Below, in pieces: positions 22,640-35,900 of a stretch of DNA of 64,000 nucleotides. The notes beneath the pieces are model-generated. The model did not search any database and was not told the origin of the DNA. It saw only the letters and a list, made by a program, of their open reading frames with translations. The DNA lies in contig QPMI01000043.1 of assembly GCA_004431415.1 (NCBI GenBank), positions 1-64,000 on the forward strand, in the 5' to 3' direction. A program made the translations under genes and the position numbers. The number at the start of each line of letters is the position of its first letter. Within the stretch, counting starts at the first letter, position 1. The stretch comes from Cyanophora paradoxa CCMP329. Taxonomy: Eukaryota; Plantae; Glaucophyta.

Positions 22640-23785
22640 ATGGGGCGGTCGGTCCGTCGCCCCAAGAAGAGGGGATCCGCGAAAGTGAGGCGCGTTCAGA
22701 AAGTGGTGCGCAGGGCCCTTCAATTCCCCGCCCCGATTCAGCACCTAGCTCGGCGGGTGGTCGAGCCCCGGCGCCGCCGATCGATCGCGCGCCGCGTGGC
22801 TGCACGCTGGCGGCGGGGCTGTGGTTTGGCCGTAGTCATTGGGTTTACTTCGTCAGCTGCGGTCGTTCGAGAGCTCACAGGATCGCGCGCGCGTTCGGCG
22901 AGCGCAGAAGAAGACCACGCCGACGCTGCATCAGACGCTGGACGTGTGGGAGGACAAGGCGACGCTCAAGGCGAACTACAAGAAGCTGGGCCTGGCGACG
23001 AACCCGAACAAGAGCCACACGACGGGCCACGCGCCGCGCGGCTCGGCCGGGAGCGGCGTGGTGGTCGCGCTGCGCAAGCTCGACTCGGGCGAGGAGGTCG
23101 CGTACGAGCCGCCGAGCGAGGACGAGGAGGAGGACAGCGAGGGCGAGGATGCCGAGGCTATGAGCGAGGACGACGAGGAGGGCGAGGTCATGAAGCCCGT
23201 CGACGGTGCCCCGCCCCTGCCAACCCGCTCTGCCCGCCCCGCGCCCCGCTGAGAGCGCGGAGCAGCGCTGGAGGCGGCGCTGGCGGCGGAGGCGCCGCTG
23301 CTGGAGCCGAAGATCAAGCCGCGGCTGAGCGAGGCGGAGCGCAAGACGACGGAAGCGCTCTTCAGGAAGCACGGCGACAACTTCGAGGCGCAGGCCCGGG
23401 ACATCAAGCTGAACGGCCCGCCCCGCCCCGCCCCGCCCCTCGCGAGAAGCCTGCTGACGAACTCGCTTCCATTGCAGCGCACCAGCTGACGGCGGCGGCG
23501 CTGAGGAAGCGGCACGCCGAGTACGTCAAGTACTACGGGGCGGAGAAGCTCGTCCCGCCCGCCCCGCGGGCCCCCGCCGCGCCGGCCCCGGCACCCCGCG
23601 CGGCCGCCAAGGAAAAGCCGGCGGGCAAGGCAGAAAAGCCGGCGGCGGCCAAGGGAGAGGAGAAGAAGGCGAAGGAGGCGGCGGCGGCGGCGGTGGCGGA
23701 GAAGAAGAAGGCGGTCGTTCCGGAGAAGAAGGCGGGCAAGCCGGCATCGGCGGCCGGCAAGGGCAAGGGCAAGGGCTCGGCGTAG
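22640..23785 (+). CDS. NOP16: Nucleolar ribosome-biogenesis protein Nop16
   Basis: Basic N-terminus; WEDKATLKANYKKLGLATNPN; LSEAERKTTEALFRKHGDNFEAQARDIKLN|AHQLTAAALRKR. Confidence 0.88.
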   Translation: MGRSVRRPKKRGSAKVRRVQKVVRRALQFPAPIQHLARRVVEPRRRRSIARRVAARWRRGCGLAVVIGFTSSAAVVRELTGSRARSASAEEDHADAASDAGRVGGQGDAQGELQEAGPGDEPEQEPHDGPRAARLGRERRGGRAAQARLGRGGRVRAAERGRGGGQRGRGCRGYERGRRGGRGHEARRRCPAPANPLCPPRAPLRARSSAGGGAGGGGAAAGAEDQAAAERGGAQDDGSALQEARRQLRGAGPGHQAERPAPPRPAPREKPADELASIAAHQLTAAALRKRHAEYVKYYGAEKLVPPAPRAPAAPAPAPRAAAKEKPAGKAEKPAAAKGEEKKAKEAAAAAVAEKKKAVVPEKKAGKPASAAGKGKGKGSA

Positions 23786-23876
23786 GCGCCCCGCCCCGCC
23801 CCGCCCCGCCCTGCCCCGCCGCGTGTGGGAATCGGAGGCGAGGCCGGCCGTCGCCGCGTGGGCTGGGGAGCGGGGC

Positions 23877-26830
23877 CTAGGGGCGGGGCAGGGCGAGGGC
23901 CTTGGCGAGGAAGGCGTAGTCGCGGGCGACGTCGCGCAGGGAGGCGAGGCGGCCGCCCTCGCCCCCGTGGCCCATCCCGCGCCGCGTCAGCAGCAGCGCC
24001 GGCCCGCACGCCCCGCCCCGCTCCTGCCGCACCCGCCGCAGCCGGGCGAGCCAGCGGGCGGGGATCCAGTAGGGGACCCGCTGGTCCTCGGTGGTCGTCG
24101 TGAGGAAGAAGGCGGTGCGGGGGTGCGGCAGGCGCCCCGCGGCGAGGCCGGCGTAGGGGCAGTAGCCGGCGATGGCGGCGGCGGCCTCGGGGAGGCGCGG
24201 GTCGCCCCACTCGTCGCGCTCGTGGGCGGAGAGGGGCAGCGAGTCGTCGGCGATGGTGCGGACGACGTCGAGGAAGGGGACGCGCAGGAGGGCGGCGCGG
24301 AACAGGCCCGGGTAGAGCGCGGCGGCGGCCCCGACGAGGAGGCCCCCCGCCGAGGCCCCCGAGGCGGCGAGCAGCTCCGGGCGCGCGGCGCCGCAGGCGA
24401 CCAGGTGCCGCCCCGCCGCGGCGAAGTCGGCGAACGAGTTGGCCTTGCGGGCGAGCCGGCCGGCCTCGTGCCAGGGGCGGCCCAGCTCGCCCCCGCCCCG
24501 CACGTGCGCCACCGCGAGGGACCAGCCCCGCCGCAGGAGGCTCAGCGCCGCCGGGTCGAACCCCGTCTCCGCGCTCACGCCGTACGCCCCGTAGCCGTGC
24601 ACCAGGCACGGGCCGGGGCCCTTCCTGCGCCGAGTCTCGGGGGGGGCGGGCGGGGCGGGGGCGAGCGGGGCGGGGGGGCCGGGCACCGGCGGGAGGCGCG
24701 GTGGGTGACAAGGGTGACGGGGACGGAGGCCGGGGTCGGGGCGGAGCCGTCGAGGGAGAGGCCCGGGGAGGGGGCGAGGAGGCGCTCGCAGGCGTACTCG
24801 TCGGGGTCGTGGGGGCGGCCGGCCTCGAGGGCGGGGGCGGCCTTGAGGAGGCGGGCGGAGCCGTCGGCGAGGAGCAGGTCGAAGGTCTCCTCGGGCCGCA
24901 CCGGCGTCGACACAGCGTAGCGGAAGGTCGCCCCGTTCTGGAAGTCCGCGTTCGCCCCGGGGGAGACCTGCCGCGGGCCCTCCGGCAGCGGCGCCGCCCG
25001 CGCGCGCCCCGCGTCGAGCAGCGCCGCCTCCTCCGAGCCGGGCGGGCCGGGGCGGAAGGGCACGGCCCGCAGGCGCTGCGAGCCGCCCGCCCGCTCGTGC
25101 AGCACGACGTGCGTCTGCGTCGGCGCCGGTCGGGGGGCGAGGGGAGGGGCGCGCGCAGAGGAGCCGGGGCGGGGAGGGGGCCGGGCACGGCGAAGACGTC
25201 GCAGTCCTCGATGCGGACGTCGGGGTCGTGGGGGAGCACGTCACGCCAGGCGGCCGCCCCGCGCGCCGCGCACTCCTCCAGGGGCGCCCCCGCCAGCCGG
25301 TAGTTCTCCGCCCCGCCCGCGTTCGTCACGAAGTAGACCCACCCCTGCTGCCCGTCGGGGGGGAGGGGGGCCGCGGGGGGGGGCACGCGGGCGCACGTGG
25401 CGGTGCTCAGCGAAGTACTCGAGGCCCGGGGTGCGGGCCTGGAGGCAGCGGGGCCGGGCGGCCCAGGGCGCCCGCGCGTCCAGCGCGTGCACCTCCGACT
25501 GGGCCTTCGAGTTCACCGAGACGAGCAGCAGCGCCTGCCCCCGGCTCGGCGGCCCGGCCGGCGGAACGGGGCCGGCGGGCGGGGCGGGGTGAGGGGGCTC
25601 GCACGGCGTCCTTGGTGCGGGTGACGTCGACGAAACAGGCGGGGTCCGGCTCGCTGAAGATGAGCTCCTCGCCGGCCGCGCCGCCGGCCGTGATCCGGCA
25701 CCGGTACACTTGGTGCGGGCGGTGCAGCGCGTCCGGCCGCGTGAAGAGCAGCGTGGGGGGCGCCCCACCCGCCCCGTCGCTCGCCCACTCCACGCTCCGC
25801 ACCCGCGGCACCACCGCAAGCTGCGCTCGGTCCGGCCGGGGGCCCCTCAGCCTCTGGGACGAGGAGGGGCGCGCTCGGCGCCGTGGGGGCGCACGGGGCG
25901 GCGGCGGGGGCGCGGGTCGGCGAGGTCGAGGACGCGGGCCTCGAAGCTCTCGTCCGCAGACTCGTCCGCCGTGTACGCCAGGTACCTGCCCGGCTGCGTC
26001 AGCCGCGCGGCGCAGCGCGGGGCGGCGCGGGGCGGCGCGGGGCGGGCCGGTGGCAGGGGGAGAGCTTCATCTGCCCCACCGCGAAGTAGGAAAGGCCCCG
26101 CGAGAGCTCGTTCTGGTCCAGCAGCACCTGCGAGTTCGAGCGGGGCGGCTCGGGCCGCGCTCGGCCGAGGGGGGCGCCGCGCGGCGATAGGGGCGGAGGA
26201 GGGGCGCGCCTCCTCGGGCCCCATGCCCTGCTCGGGGCGGGCGACGTCGGGGCCGCGCCGCCGCCTGCAGAAGACGGGGAACTCGGCCCCGCTCGGGAGC
26301 CGCGTGTAGTACATGTAGCTGCCGCCGGCGCCGCGTGAGGGGGGCCGGGCACCCCGCGCCGGGCAGGCGGACGCCACAGCAGGCGGGCGGGGCGACTGCG
26401 CACTCGCCGATGCGCTCGGGGACGGTCGCGTCCACCTCGACGTGCCGCGCAGCCATCTCCTGCGCCGCGCAGTCGGGCCCCGCAGCGCCGCCTCCGCGAC
26501 CGAAAGCACGCGCGCACCTCGTACAGCTCCTGCTGCAGGTCTTCCGTGTCCGCGAACCACGCGCGGAGGTAGCTGCGGCGGGGCCGAGTCGGCGCCGCGC
26601 TGCGGCCCGTGGCAGCGAACGGACCGGTTCTCGGCCTGCAGGTACGCGCGGGTCTCGTTGCTGTCTTCGCGCAGCCACGCGTACTCGTCCGGACCGCGAC
26701 CGACGCGCGCGACCGGCGGCGCGTGGATCGCCGAGCGGGCGGCAGGTTGTTGCTTCCATCCGCCACCACCAAGAATCCCTGACAGGATGCGCCGCCCCAG
26801 GCGGGCGCCCGTGAGGCCCGCCGTGGCCAT
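23877..26830 (-). CDS. S9A prolyl-oligopeptidase family protein (oligopeptidase B / protease II-like), with presequence
   Basis: DEYAWLRE, YLQAEN, HGYGAYG, AHVRGGGELGRPWH, catalytic GASAGG, VPFLDV, EWGDP, DQRVPYW, GHGG. Confidence 0.92.
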
Positions 26831-26922
26831 CAAATCCGTCGGTCGTTCTCACGTACCCCAATCGGAAAAAAACCAAACCGGGCCCGTGGAGCAAGAAGAC
26901 CAGCCATGCGATAGAAGTAGGA

Positions 26923-29900
26923 ATGACGCCCGGGCCTTTACCGCTGCGCCAGCCGCCCTACGGCCCCTTGCCGAAGGGCCCGAAGGCCGGGCTCTCAACT
27001 AGTCCGGTGTGTATGCTCGCGCCTCTTTCTACCGCGGCTCACGGGTCTGCAGCATCTACAGCCTTCGGAAAGCGCATCAGGTCGCGCAGGGTCCAGCCCG
27101 TTTGCGTCGGGTTCGTGCACCCGCGTTCAAGCTGGATCCCGCGCGGCAGCTAAGCCGCCCCGCAGCAGCTAAGCGGAATGGAGCAAGTCCAAGACCACAG
27201 GTGCGTTGGCCTCCGCCTGGGCGATAGCTACGCGCCCCGAGCCCGCCCGCAGGGCGAGTTGAAGGGCGTCGAGGATCCCTTCGCCCTCGACGTGACTGAG
27301 CTGCTGCGGGAGGAGGGCATCGATGTCAGCGTCCGACAGACCGCCTCGGCGAGCGCCGGCGGCGTCCAGCTGCCCCTCGAAGCCTTCGATAGCACAGATT
27401 TCGAGACTCACGCGCCGCTCGACTGGGTGACGGTGCGGCGCCCGCCCCGCAGCGCGCGCAGCACCGGAAGGCCGTGTTCGATCGGGGAACGCGCAGCGGG
27501 AGCAAAAGGAGCGGCGGCGATTCGCGAAGGCGCTGATCTACAGTGCTGATGGGCGGGGCGAGTGGAAGGAGTGCCGCGTGGTGGATTACAACGAGACGCA
27601 GAACAAGTACCTTGTCGAGATGCGTGAGACGCGCAAGCGCGTCCCGATCTCGAGGTGCGCGCGGGCCGCGGCGGGCCGGCCCTGAGGTCGCGGGGCCGAT
27701 GCAGAGGGGTCGCGGCGCAGGTTGAACCTGCTGTTCGCGACGGAGGACCCGCGCATCTTCGCGAAGCGCCTCGCGAGCGCGCACCACTCGCGGCGCGACG
27801 CGGAGGCGACCCTGGTCCGCCGGGGCCGGGCGAGGGGCGGGGCCGGGCTGGCGAGGGCTGACGGGGGCGGGGGGGCGCTGCAGCGGTACAACCTGATCGT
27901 GGAGAGCATGCCGACGGACGACGTGCCGCCGCTGCGGCTGGAGCAGGTGAACCGGATCCTCGACTCGGCCATGAACTCGGACGTCCTCCGCGCCGCCATG
28001 GTGCCCCCCGCCCCCCGCCCCGCCCCGCCCCCCCGCCTCTGACCGGCCGGGGGCCGGCCGCGCAGCTCGACACGTCGAGCCTGCTGCAGGAGGTCAGCTC
28101 CGAATACTCCCGCATCATGAGCAAGGCGAGCGGCGGCGGGGCCCGGGGCCCGGGGCGCGGGCTGACGGCGCGGGCTGACGGCGGGGGGTCAGATCGTCTT
28201 CGACGAGACGCTGAAGGAGCCCGGGATGAAGGAGCAGTTCAAGCTGGCGACGCTGCCGCCGCCGGCGCCGCCGCCGCCGGTGCCGCTGGTGGGGACGGTG
28301 AGCGTGCCGGCGTACGAGTTCGAGGGCCAGTTCCGGGACTTCGTCGCCGTCTCGTGCCTCACCAAGCCCGACCTCATCTACGCCCTCCTCAAGATCCACG
28401 ACGAGTGCGCCCCGCTCGCCAGCCCCGTCCTCGGCGGCTCCGGCTCCGGCGAGGGCTCCTCGGCGGCGGCGGCGGCGGCGGCGCTCGTCGCTGGGCGGAT
28501 CCCCGGCGGGCCGAGCGGCGGGGCGGGCCAGATCGGGATGCCGCCCTCGCTCTGCGCGTTCGCGACGCAGTTCGGGCGGAGCACGGCGCTGGAGGACTTC
28601 CACGGGGCGCAGACGGCGGCCTGCGCGCAGCTGCTGCACGCCCTCAGCGAGCCCCTCCACAGCGCCCTCACGGGCATCTGCGCCTCGGTCAAGATGGCCC
28701 TCGTGCAGGCGCCGGCGTGGTCGGCGGCCCCGCTGGACCCGGCGGAGGCGGCGCGGGAGCGGTACCGGCGGTTCGTGCGGATGGTGAACCTCGTGGCGCA
28801 GGACTCGCTCCGCTTCCTCATCTACAACTCCCTCGAGCGCTACGCCGCCTTCGTCGAGGTCGCCGCCGACTGCACCGTCGCCGTCTCCGGCACCGACGCC
28901 GTCGCCACGGAGCGCGCCGCGCCGGCCCCGCGCAGCAAGTTCGCCCGCAAGCTCCCCCAGCGCCCGCAGTCCGCCTCGGCCTCCACGCCCCGCACGGCGG
29001 CCCTGCGCGAGGAGCTCGCCGAGCAGCTCACGGCGCCCCTCTTCCTCCTCGACCTCCTCCCGAAGCGCCTCGACGCGCCGGCCGCGGAGGCCGCGCCCTC
29101 CTCCCCCGCCCCTCCCCCCGCCGAGGGCGAGCCCGCCCAGCACCACCACCACCACCACGAGTCCAAGCCCGCCGCCGAGGGACACCCGCCCCCCGCCGAC
29201 GGCGAGAAGGCGGCGCCCGCTCCCGCGGCGGCGGCGGGGGCCGGGGGCGGCATGGTCCTGGGGTACAGCGTGCCGCCGGAGCGGTTCGTGGACGTGGCGG
29301 CGCGGGTCATCGACGAGGCGCTGGAGCGGCTGATGGGCGTCCCCGCCGTCGAGGCCCCGCCGGCCCCGGGCGAGAAGCCGCCCGGCCCCAACGACCGCAA
29401 GATGCTCGGCAGCGTCGCCCCCGGGGAGGAGGTCGTGGAGGAGGCGAAGCGGCGGGTGGCGGCGGCCGTGGGGCGCGCGATCGAGCCGCTGCGGGCGTAC
29501 CTGCAGCAGTACGACCCGCTCCTCGAGTTCGTGTCGCTGGACGTGGAGGCGCACATGGCGGAGGTCGAGGCCCGCTCGCCCCCGCTCGCCGACCTCAAGG
29601 AGAAGCTCCTCCAGCACGCCGCCGCCCGCGCCGAGCTCGAGCAGCGCATCCCCCTCTCCCTCGCCGTCGGCGCCTTCCAGGTCAACTGCAGCGCTGTCCG
29701 CAGCCTCCTCGTCGGCAAGCACACCCGCATCATCCAGCTCTGTGCGCGCGCGCCCCGCCTCGGCCCGCCCCGCCATGCGCCCCCGCCCCGCTCACGCCGC
29801 GCCCCTCGGCGCCGCAGTGCTGCAGCTGGTGGCGAAGAAGGCCCGGGCGCTGGCGGAGGGGGTGATCGGGGAGTTCGCGGGGATGCACGAAAAGCTCAAG

Positions 29901-32900
29901 GCGCGGCCGACGAACATCGAGAAGGTCACCGAGATGCGCGAGTACATCGCCAGCATCCCCGAGTCGGCCGGCAAGGTCCGCCCCTCCCCCTCTGCTTCGT
30001 TCGCGGGTGGGTCGAGCCGCGGCTCACCGGGGGGCGCGGGGGAAGGTGGCGGGGACGATCGAGGAGATGATGACGCACTTCGACCTGCTGGAGGAGTTCA
30101 AGTTCGAGCTGGGGCTGGCGGACTTCGTGCAGCGGTGGGAGGCCTTCGGGTGGCCCCACAAGATCGGCGTCGCCTGCGAGCAGGTCGAGCTGCTCCTCGA
30201 GAAGGACCGCGAGAAGTTCCTCCACGAGATGGAGGGCGAGCAGGACGCCTTCGAGAAGACCGTCTCCGAGCTCGCCGTCAAGGGCCCGTCCCCCCGCCCC
30301 CCCGCCCCGCCCCGCCCCGCCCCGCCCCGCCCCGGCGCGCCGCGCCGCGCTGACGCCCCCTCCCCCGCGCAGTGGACGGGTTCGCGCAGTACCGGGACAT
30401 GGCGAAGGTGAAGCAGGTCTCGGCGATCGTGAAGGGGATCCAGAAGCAGCTCAAGGAGTGCGAGGGAAGGCGCAGCAGTTCAACTCCCGCGAGTCCCTCT
30501 TCGGCAAGCCCGTCACCCAGTACGAGCAGCTCGCGAAGATCGGGAAGGACTTCACGCCCTTCGCCGACCTCTGGAACACGGCGGCGGACTGGCAGGACTG
30601 GTACCGGGCGTGGTACGACGGGCCCTTCACGGAGCTCGACGCGGACGCGGTGGACAAGAACCTGACCGAGGCGACGCGGACGATGTTCAAGGCGACGAAG
30701 CACTTCAAGGACGTGCCCGGCTGCCTCGCCATCGCCACCAAGCTCCGCACCGAGATGGAGGCCTTCCGCGTCTTCGTCCCCGTCGTGCAGGGCCTGCGCA
30801 ACCCCGGCATGCGCGACCGCCACTGGGAGGAGCTCACGGAGAACCTCGGCTTCGCGCTGCGCCCCGACGAGACCTTCACGCTCCGCAAGGCCACCATGGA
30901 CCTCAAGCTGCACGAGAAGGCGACGCTGGAGATCATCCAGAAGGTGGCCGAGAAGGCCGTCAAGGAGTACGCCATCGAGACGGCCCTCGACAAGATGCTC
31001 GGGCTCTGGCAGCCGCAGCACTTCGAGGCGCACCACTACCGCGAGACCGGCACCTATGTCATGAAGCTCTCCGACGAGATCAACACGCTCCTCGACGACC
31101 ACATCGTGCTCACCCAGCAGTACTCCGTGCGCCCGCGCCTCTCCCGGCGGCTCCGCCTCGCCTCCCGGCGCCTCCTCTGCTTGCCTCCTCGACCGCTGAC
31201 GGCGGGGCCCCGGGCGGGGCGGGCAGTTCTCGCCGTACAAGAAGCCGCTGGAGGAGCGGATCGCGGCGTGGGAGAAGAAGCTGCGGTACATGCAGGACGT
31301 GCTCTCCGAGTGGCTCACCTGCCAGCGCAACTGGATGTACCTCCAGCCCATCTTCGACTCGGAGGACATCAACCGGCAGCTGCCGACCGAGGGAAGCGCT
31401 TCGCCAACGTGGACCGGACGTGGCGCAAGATCATGAAGGCGCTGAAGGAGCAGACGCACGTGCTGACCTTCACCGAGGACCAGACCCTCCTCGAGACCTT
31501 CCAGAAGTGCAACGAGGACCTCGAGCGCGTCCAGAAGGTGCCCCCCCGCCCCCATCCCCACCCCCCTCCCCGCCCCCCGCCCGCCCCGCGCCTCGGCCGA
31601 CGGCGACGGTGCGCAGAACCTGGCGGACTACCTGGAGACGAAGCGGGCGGCCTTCGCGCGCTTCTACTTCCTCTCGAACGACGAGCTGATCTCCATCCTG
31701 AGCCAGACGAAGGACCCGCTGGCGGTGCAGCCGCACCTGCGCAAGTGCTTCGAGGCGATCGCGGAGCTCAAGTTCAACGCGGACACGTCGATGTCCTCGA
31801 TGTTCTCGGCGGAGCGGGAGGAGATCCCGTTCGTGGAGAAGGTCTTCCCCAAGGGCAACGTGGAGCACTGGCTGCTCGAGGTGGAGAAGATGATGAAGCG
31901 CTCCATCCGGGACGTGCTCAAGCGCGCGCTCGCCGACTACACCGCCACGCCCCGCGCCGACTTCGTCCTCAAGTGGCCCGGCCAGATCGTCCTCGCCGGC
32001 ACCCAGACCTACTGGACGCGCGGCGTCGAGGAGGCCCTCGGCGAGCGCGGCCTCGACGGCGTCAAGGCCTTCTACGAGACGCAGCTCGGGCAGCTGCGCG
32101 AGCTCACGGTGCTCGTGCGGCAGCCCCTCACCAAGCTCCAGCAGAAGACCATGGCCGCCCTCATCGTCATGGAGGTGCCGCCCCGCCCCGCCCCGCTCTG
32201 CGTTGCGCGCGCGGCCGGCGGCCTCTGACGGCGGCGGGGCCAGGTGCACGCGCGCGACGTGGTGGAGAAGCTGATCGACGTCAAGGTGGGCAGCGTCGGG
32301 GACTTCGAGTGGGTGAGCCAGCTGCGCTACTACTGGGAGGACGACTGCATCGTCCGCATGGTCCAGTGCACCTTCCCCTACGGCTACGAGTACCTCGGCA
32401 ACACCGTGCGCCGCCCCCGCCCCCCGCCCCGCCCCCGGGCGACCCCGCCGCCGGCGCCGCCTCACGGCCCCGCGCCGGCGCGCAGTCGCGGCTGGTGATC
32501 ACGCCGCTGACGGACCGGTGCTACATGACGCTCATGGGGCGCTCCACCTGCACCTTGGCGGCGCCCCCGCCGGCCCCGCCGGCACGGGCAAGACCGAGTC
32601 CACCAAGGACCTCGCCAAGGCTCTCGCCAAGCAGTGCGTCGTCTTCAACTGCTCCGACGGCCTCGACTACAAGGCCATGGGCAAGTTCTTCAAGGGGCTC
32701 GCCACCGCCGGCGCCTGGGCCTGCTTCGACGAGTTCAACCGCACGCCCCGCACGGCGGCCCTGCGCGAGGAGCTCGCCGAGCAGCTCACGGCGCCCCTCT
32801 TCCTCCTCGACCTCCTCCCGAAGCGCCTCGACGCGCCGGCCGCGGAGGCCGCGCCCTCCTCCCCCGCCCCTCCCCCCGCCGAGGGCGAGCCCGCCCAGCA

Positions 32901-35900
32901 CCACCACCACCACCACGAGTCCAAGCCCGCCGCCGAGGGACACCCGCCCCCCGCCGACGGCGAGAAGGCGGCGCCCGCTCCCGCGGCGGCGGCGGGGGCC
33001 GGGGGCGGCATGGTCCTGGGGTACAGCGTGCCGCCGGAGCGGTTCGTGGACGTGGCGGCGCGGGTCATCGACGAGGCGCTGGAGCGGCTGATGGGCGTCC
33101 CCGCCGTCGAGGCCCCGCCGGCCCCGGGCGAGAAGCCGCCCGGCCCAACGACCGCAAGATGCTCGGCAGCGTCGCCCCCGGGGAGGAGGTCGTGGAGGAG
33201 GCGAAGCGGCGGGTGGCGGCGGCCGTGGGCGCGCGATCGAGCCGCTGCGGGCGTACCTGCAGCAGTACGACCCGCTCCTCGAGTTCGTGTCGCTGGACGT
33301 GGAGGCGCACATGGCGGAGGTCGAGGCCCGCTCGCCCCCGCTCGCCGACCTCAAGGAGAAGCTCCTCCAGCACGCCGCCGCCCGCGCCGAGCTCGAGCAG
33401 CGCATCCCCCTCTCCCTCGCCGTCGGCGCCTTCCAGGTCAACTGCAGCGCTGTCCGCAGCCTCCTCGTCGGCAAGCACACCCGCATCATCCAGCTCTGTG
33501 CGCGCGCGCCCCGCCTCGGCCCGCCCCGCCATGCGCCCCCGCCCCGCTCACGCCGCGCCCCTCGGCGCCGCAGTGCTGCAGCTGGTGGCGAAGAAGGCCC
33601 GGGCGCTGGCGGAGGGGGTGATCGGGGAGTTCGCGGGGATGCACGAAAAGCTCAAGGCGCGGCCGACGAACATCGAGAAGGTCACCGAGATGCGCGAGTA
33701 CATCGCCAGCATCCCCGAGTCGGCCGGCAAGGTCCGCCCCTCCCCCTCTGCTTCGTTCGCGGGTGGGTCGAGCCGCGGCTCACCGGGGGGCGCGGGGGAA
33801 GGTGGCGGGGACGATCGAGGAGATGATGACGCACTTCGACCTGCTGGAGGAGTTCAAGTTCGAGCTGGGGCTGGCGGACTTCGTGCAGCGGTGGGAGGCC
33901 TTCGGGTGGCCCCACAAGATCGGCGTCGCCTGCGAGCAGGTCGAGCTGCTCCTCGAGAAGGACCGCGAGAAGTTCCTCCACGAGATGGAGGGCGAGCAGG
34001 ACGCCTTCGAGAAGACCGTCTCCGAGCTCGCCGTCAAGGGCCCGTCCCCCCGCCCCCCCGCCCCGCCCCGCCCCGCCCCGCCCCGCCCCGGCGCGCCGCG
34101 CCGCGCTGACGCCCCCTCCCCCGCGCAGTGGACGGGTTCGCGCAGTACCGGGACATGGCGAAGGTGAAGCAGGTCTCGGCGATCGTGAAGGGGATCCAGA
34201 AGCAGCTCAAGGAGTGCGAGGGGAAGGCGCAGCAGTTCAACTCCCGCGAGTCCCTCTTCGGCAAGCCCGTCACCCAGTACGAGCAGCTCGCGAAGATCGG
34301 GAAGGACTTCACGCCCTTCGCCGACCTCTGGAACACGGCGGCGGACTGGCAGGACTGGTACCGGGCGTGGTACGACGGGCCCTTCACGGAGCTCGACGCG
34401 GACGCGGTGGACAAGAACCTGACCGAGGCGACGCGGACGATGTTCAAGGCGACGAAGCACTTCAAGGACGTGCCCGGCTGCCTCGCCATCGCCACCAAGC
34501 TCCGCACCGAGATGGAGGCCTTCCGCGTCTTCGTCCCGTCGTGCAGGGCCTGCGCAACCCCGGCATGCGCGACCGCCACTGGGAGGAGCTCACGGAGAAC
34601 CTCGGCTTCGCGCTGCGCCCCGACGAGACCTTCACGCTCCGCAAGGCCACCATGGACCTCAAGCTGCACGAGAAGGCGACGCTGGAGATCATCCAGAAGG
34701 TGGCCGAGAAGGCCGTCAAGGAGTACGCCATCGAGACGGCCCTCGACAAGATGCTCGGGCTCTGGCAGCCGCAGCACTTCGAGGCGCACCACTACCGCGA
34801 GACCGGCACCTATGTCATGAAGCTCTCCGACGAGATCAACACGCTCCTCGACGACCACATCGTGCTCACCCAGCAGTACTCCGTGCGCCCGCGCCTCTCC
34901 CGGCGGCTCCGCCTCGCCTCCCCGGCGCCTCCTCTGCTTGCCTCCTCGACCGCTGACGGCGGGGCCCCGGGCGGGGCGGGCAGTTCTCGCCGTACAAGAA
35001 GCCGCTGGAGGAGCGGATCGCGGCGTGGGAGAAGAAGCTGCGGTACATGCAGGACGTGCTCTCCGAGTGGCTCACCTGCCAGCGCAACTGGATGTACCTC
35101 CAGCCCATCTTCGACTCGGAGGACATCAACCGGCAGCTGCCGACCGAGGGGAAGCGCTTCGCCAACGTGGACCGGACGTGGCGCAAGATCATGAAGGCGC
35201 TGAAGGAGCAGACGCACGTGCTGACCTTCACCGAGGACCAGACCCTCCTCGAGACCTTCCAGAAGTGCAACGAGGACCTCGAGCGCGTCCAGAAGGTGCC
35301 CCCCCGCCCCCCATCCCCACCCCCCCTCCCCGCCCCCCGCCCCGCCCCGCGCCTCGGCCGACGGCGACGGTGCGCAGAACCTGGCGGACTACCTGGAGAC
35401 GAAGCGGGCGGCCTTCGCGCGCTTCTACTTCCTCTCGAACGACGAGCTGATCTCCATCCTGAGCCAGACGAAGGACCCGCTGGCGGTGCAGCCGCACCTG
35501 CGCAAGTGCTTCGAGGCGATCGCGGAGCTCAAGTTCAACGCGGACACGTCGATGTCCTCGATGTTCTCGGCGGAGCGGGAGGAGATCCCGTTCGTGGAGA
35601 AGGTCTTCCCCAAGGGCAACGTGGAGCACTGGCTGCTCGAGGTGGAGAAGATGATGAAGCGCTCCATCCGGGACGTGCTCAAGCGCGCGCTCGCCGACTA
35701 CACCGCCACGCCCCGCGCCGACTTCGTCCTCAAGTGGCCCGGCCAGATCGTCCTCGCCGGCACCCAGACCTACTGGACGCGCGGCGTCGAGGAGGCCCTC
35801 GGCGAGCGCGGCCTCGACGGCGTCAAGGCCTTCTACGAGACGCAGCTCGGGCAGCTGCGCGAGCTCACGGTGCTCGTGCGGCAGCCCCTCACCAAGCTCC

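Noticed and set aside
22526-22640. Short repeats GCTTCAACTCGCCAGCC upstream of NOP16 as a CRISPR-like array
   Set aside because: Only two short copies without spacers, in a eukaryotic promoter region.
29141-29158. His6 run in dynein suggesting a vector tag
   Set aside because: Lies in a native low-complexity insert with host codon usage and no vector sequence.
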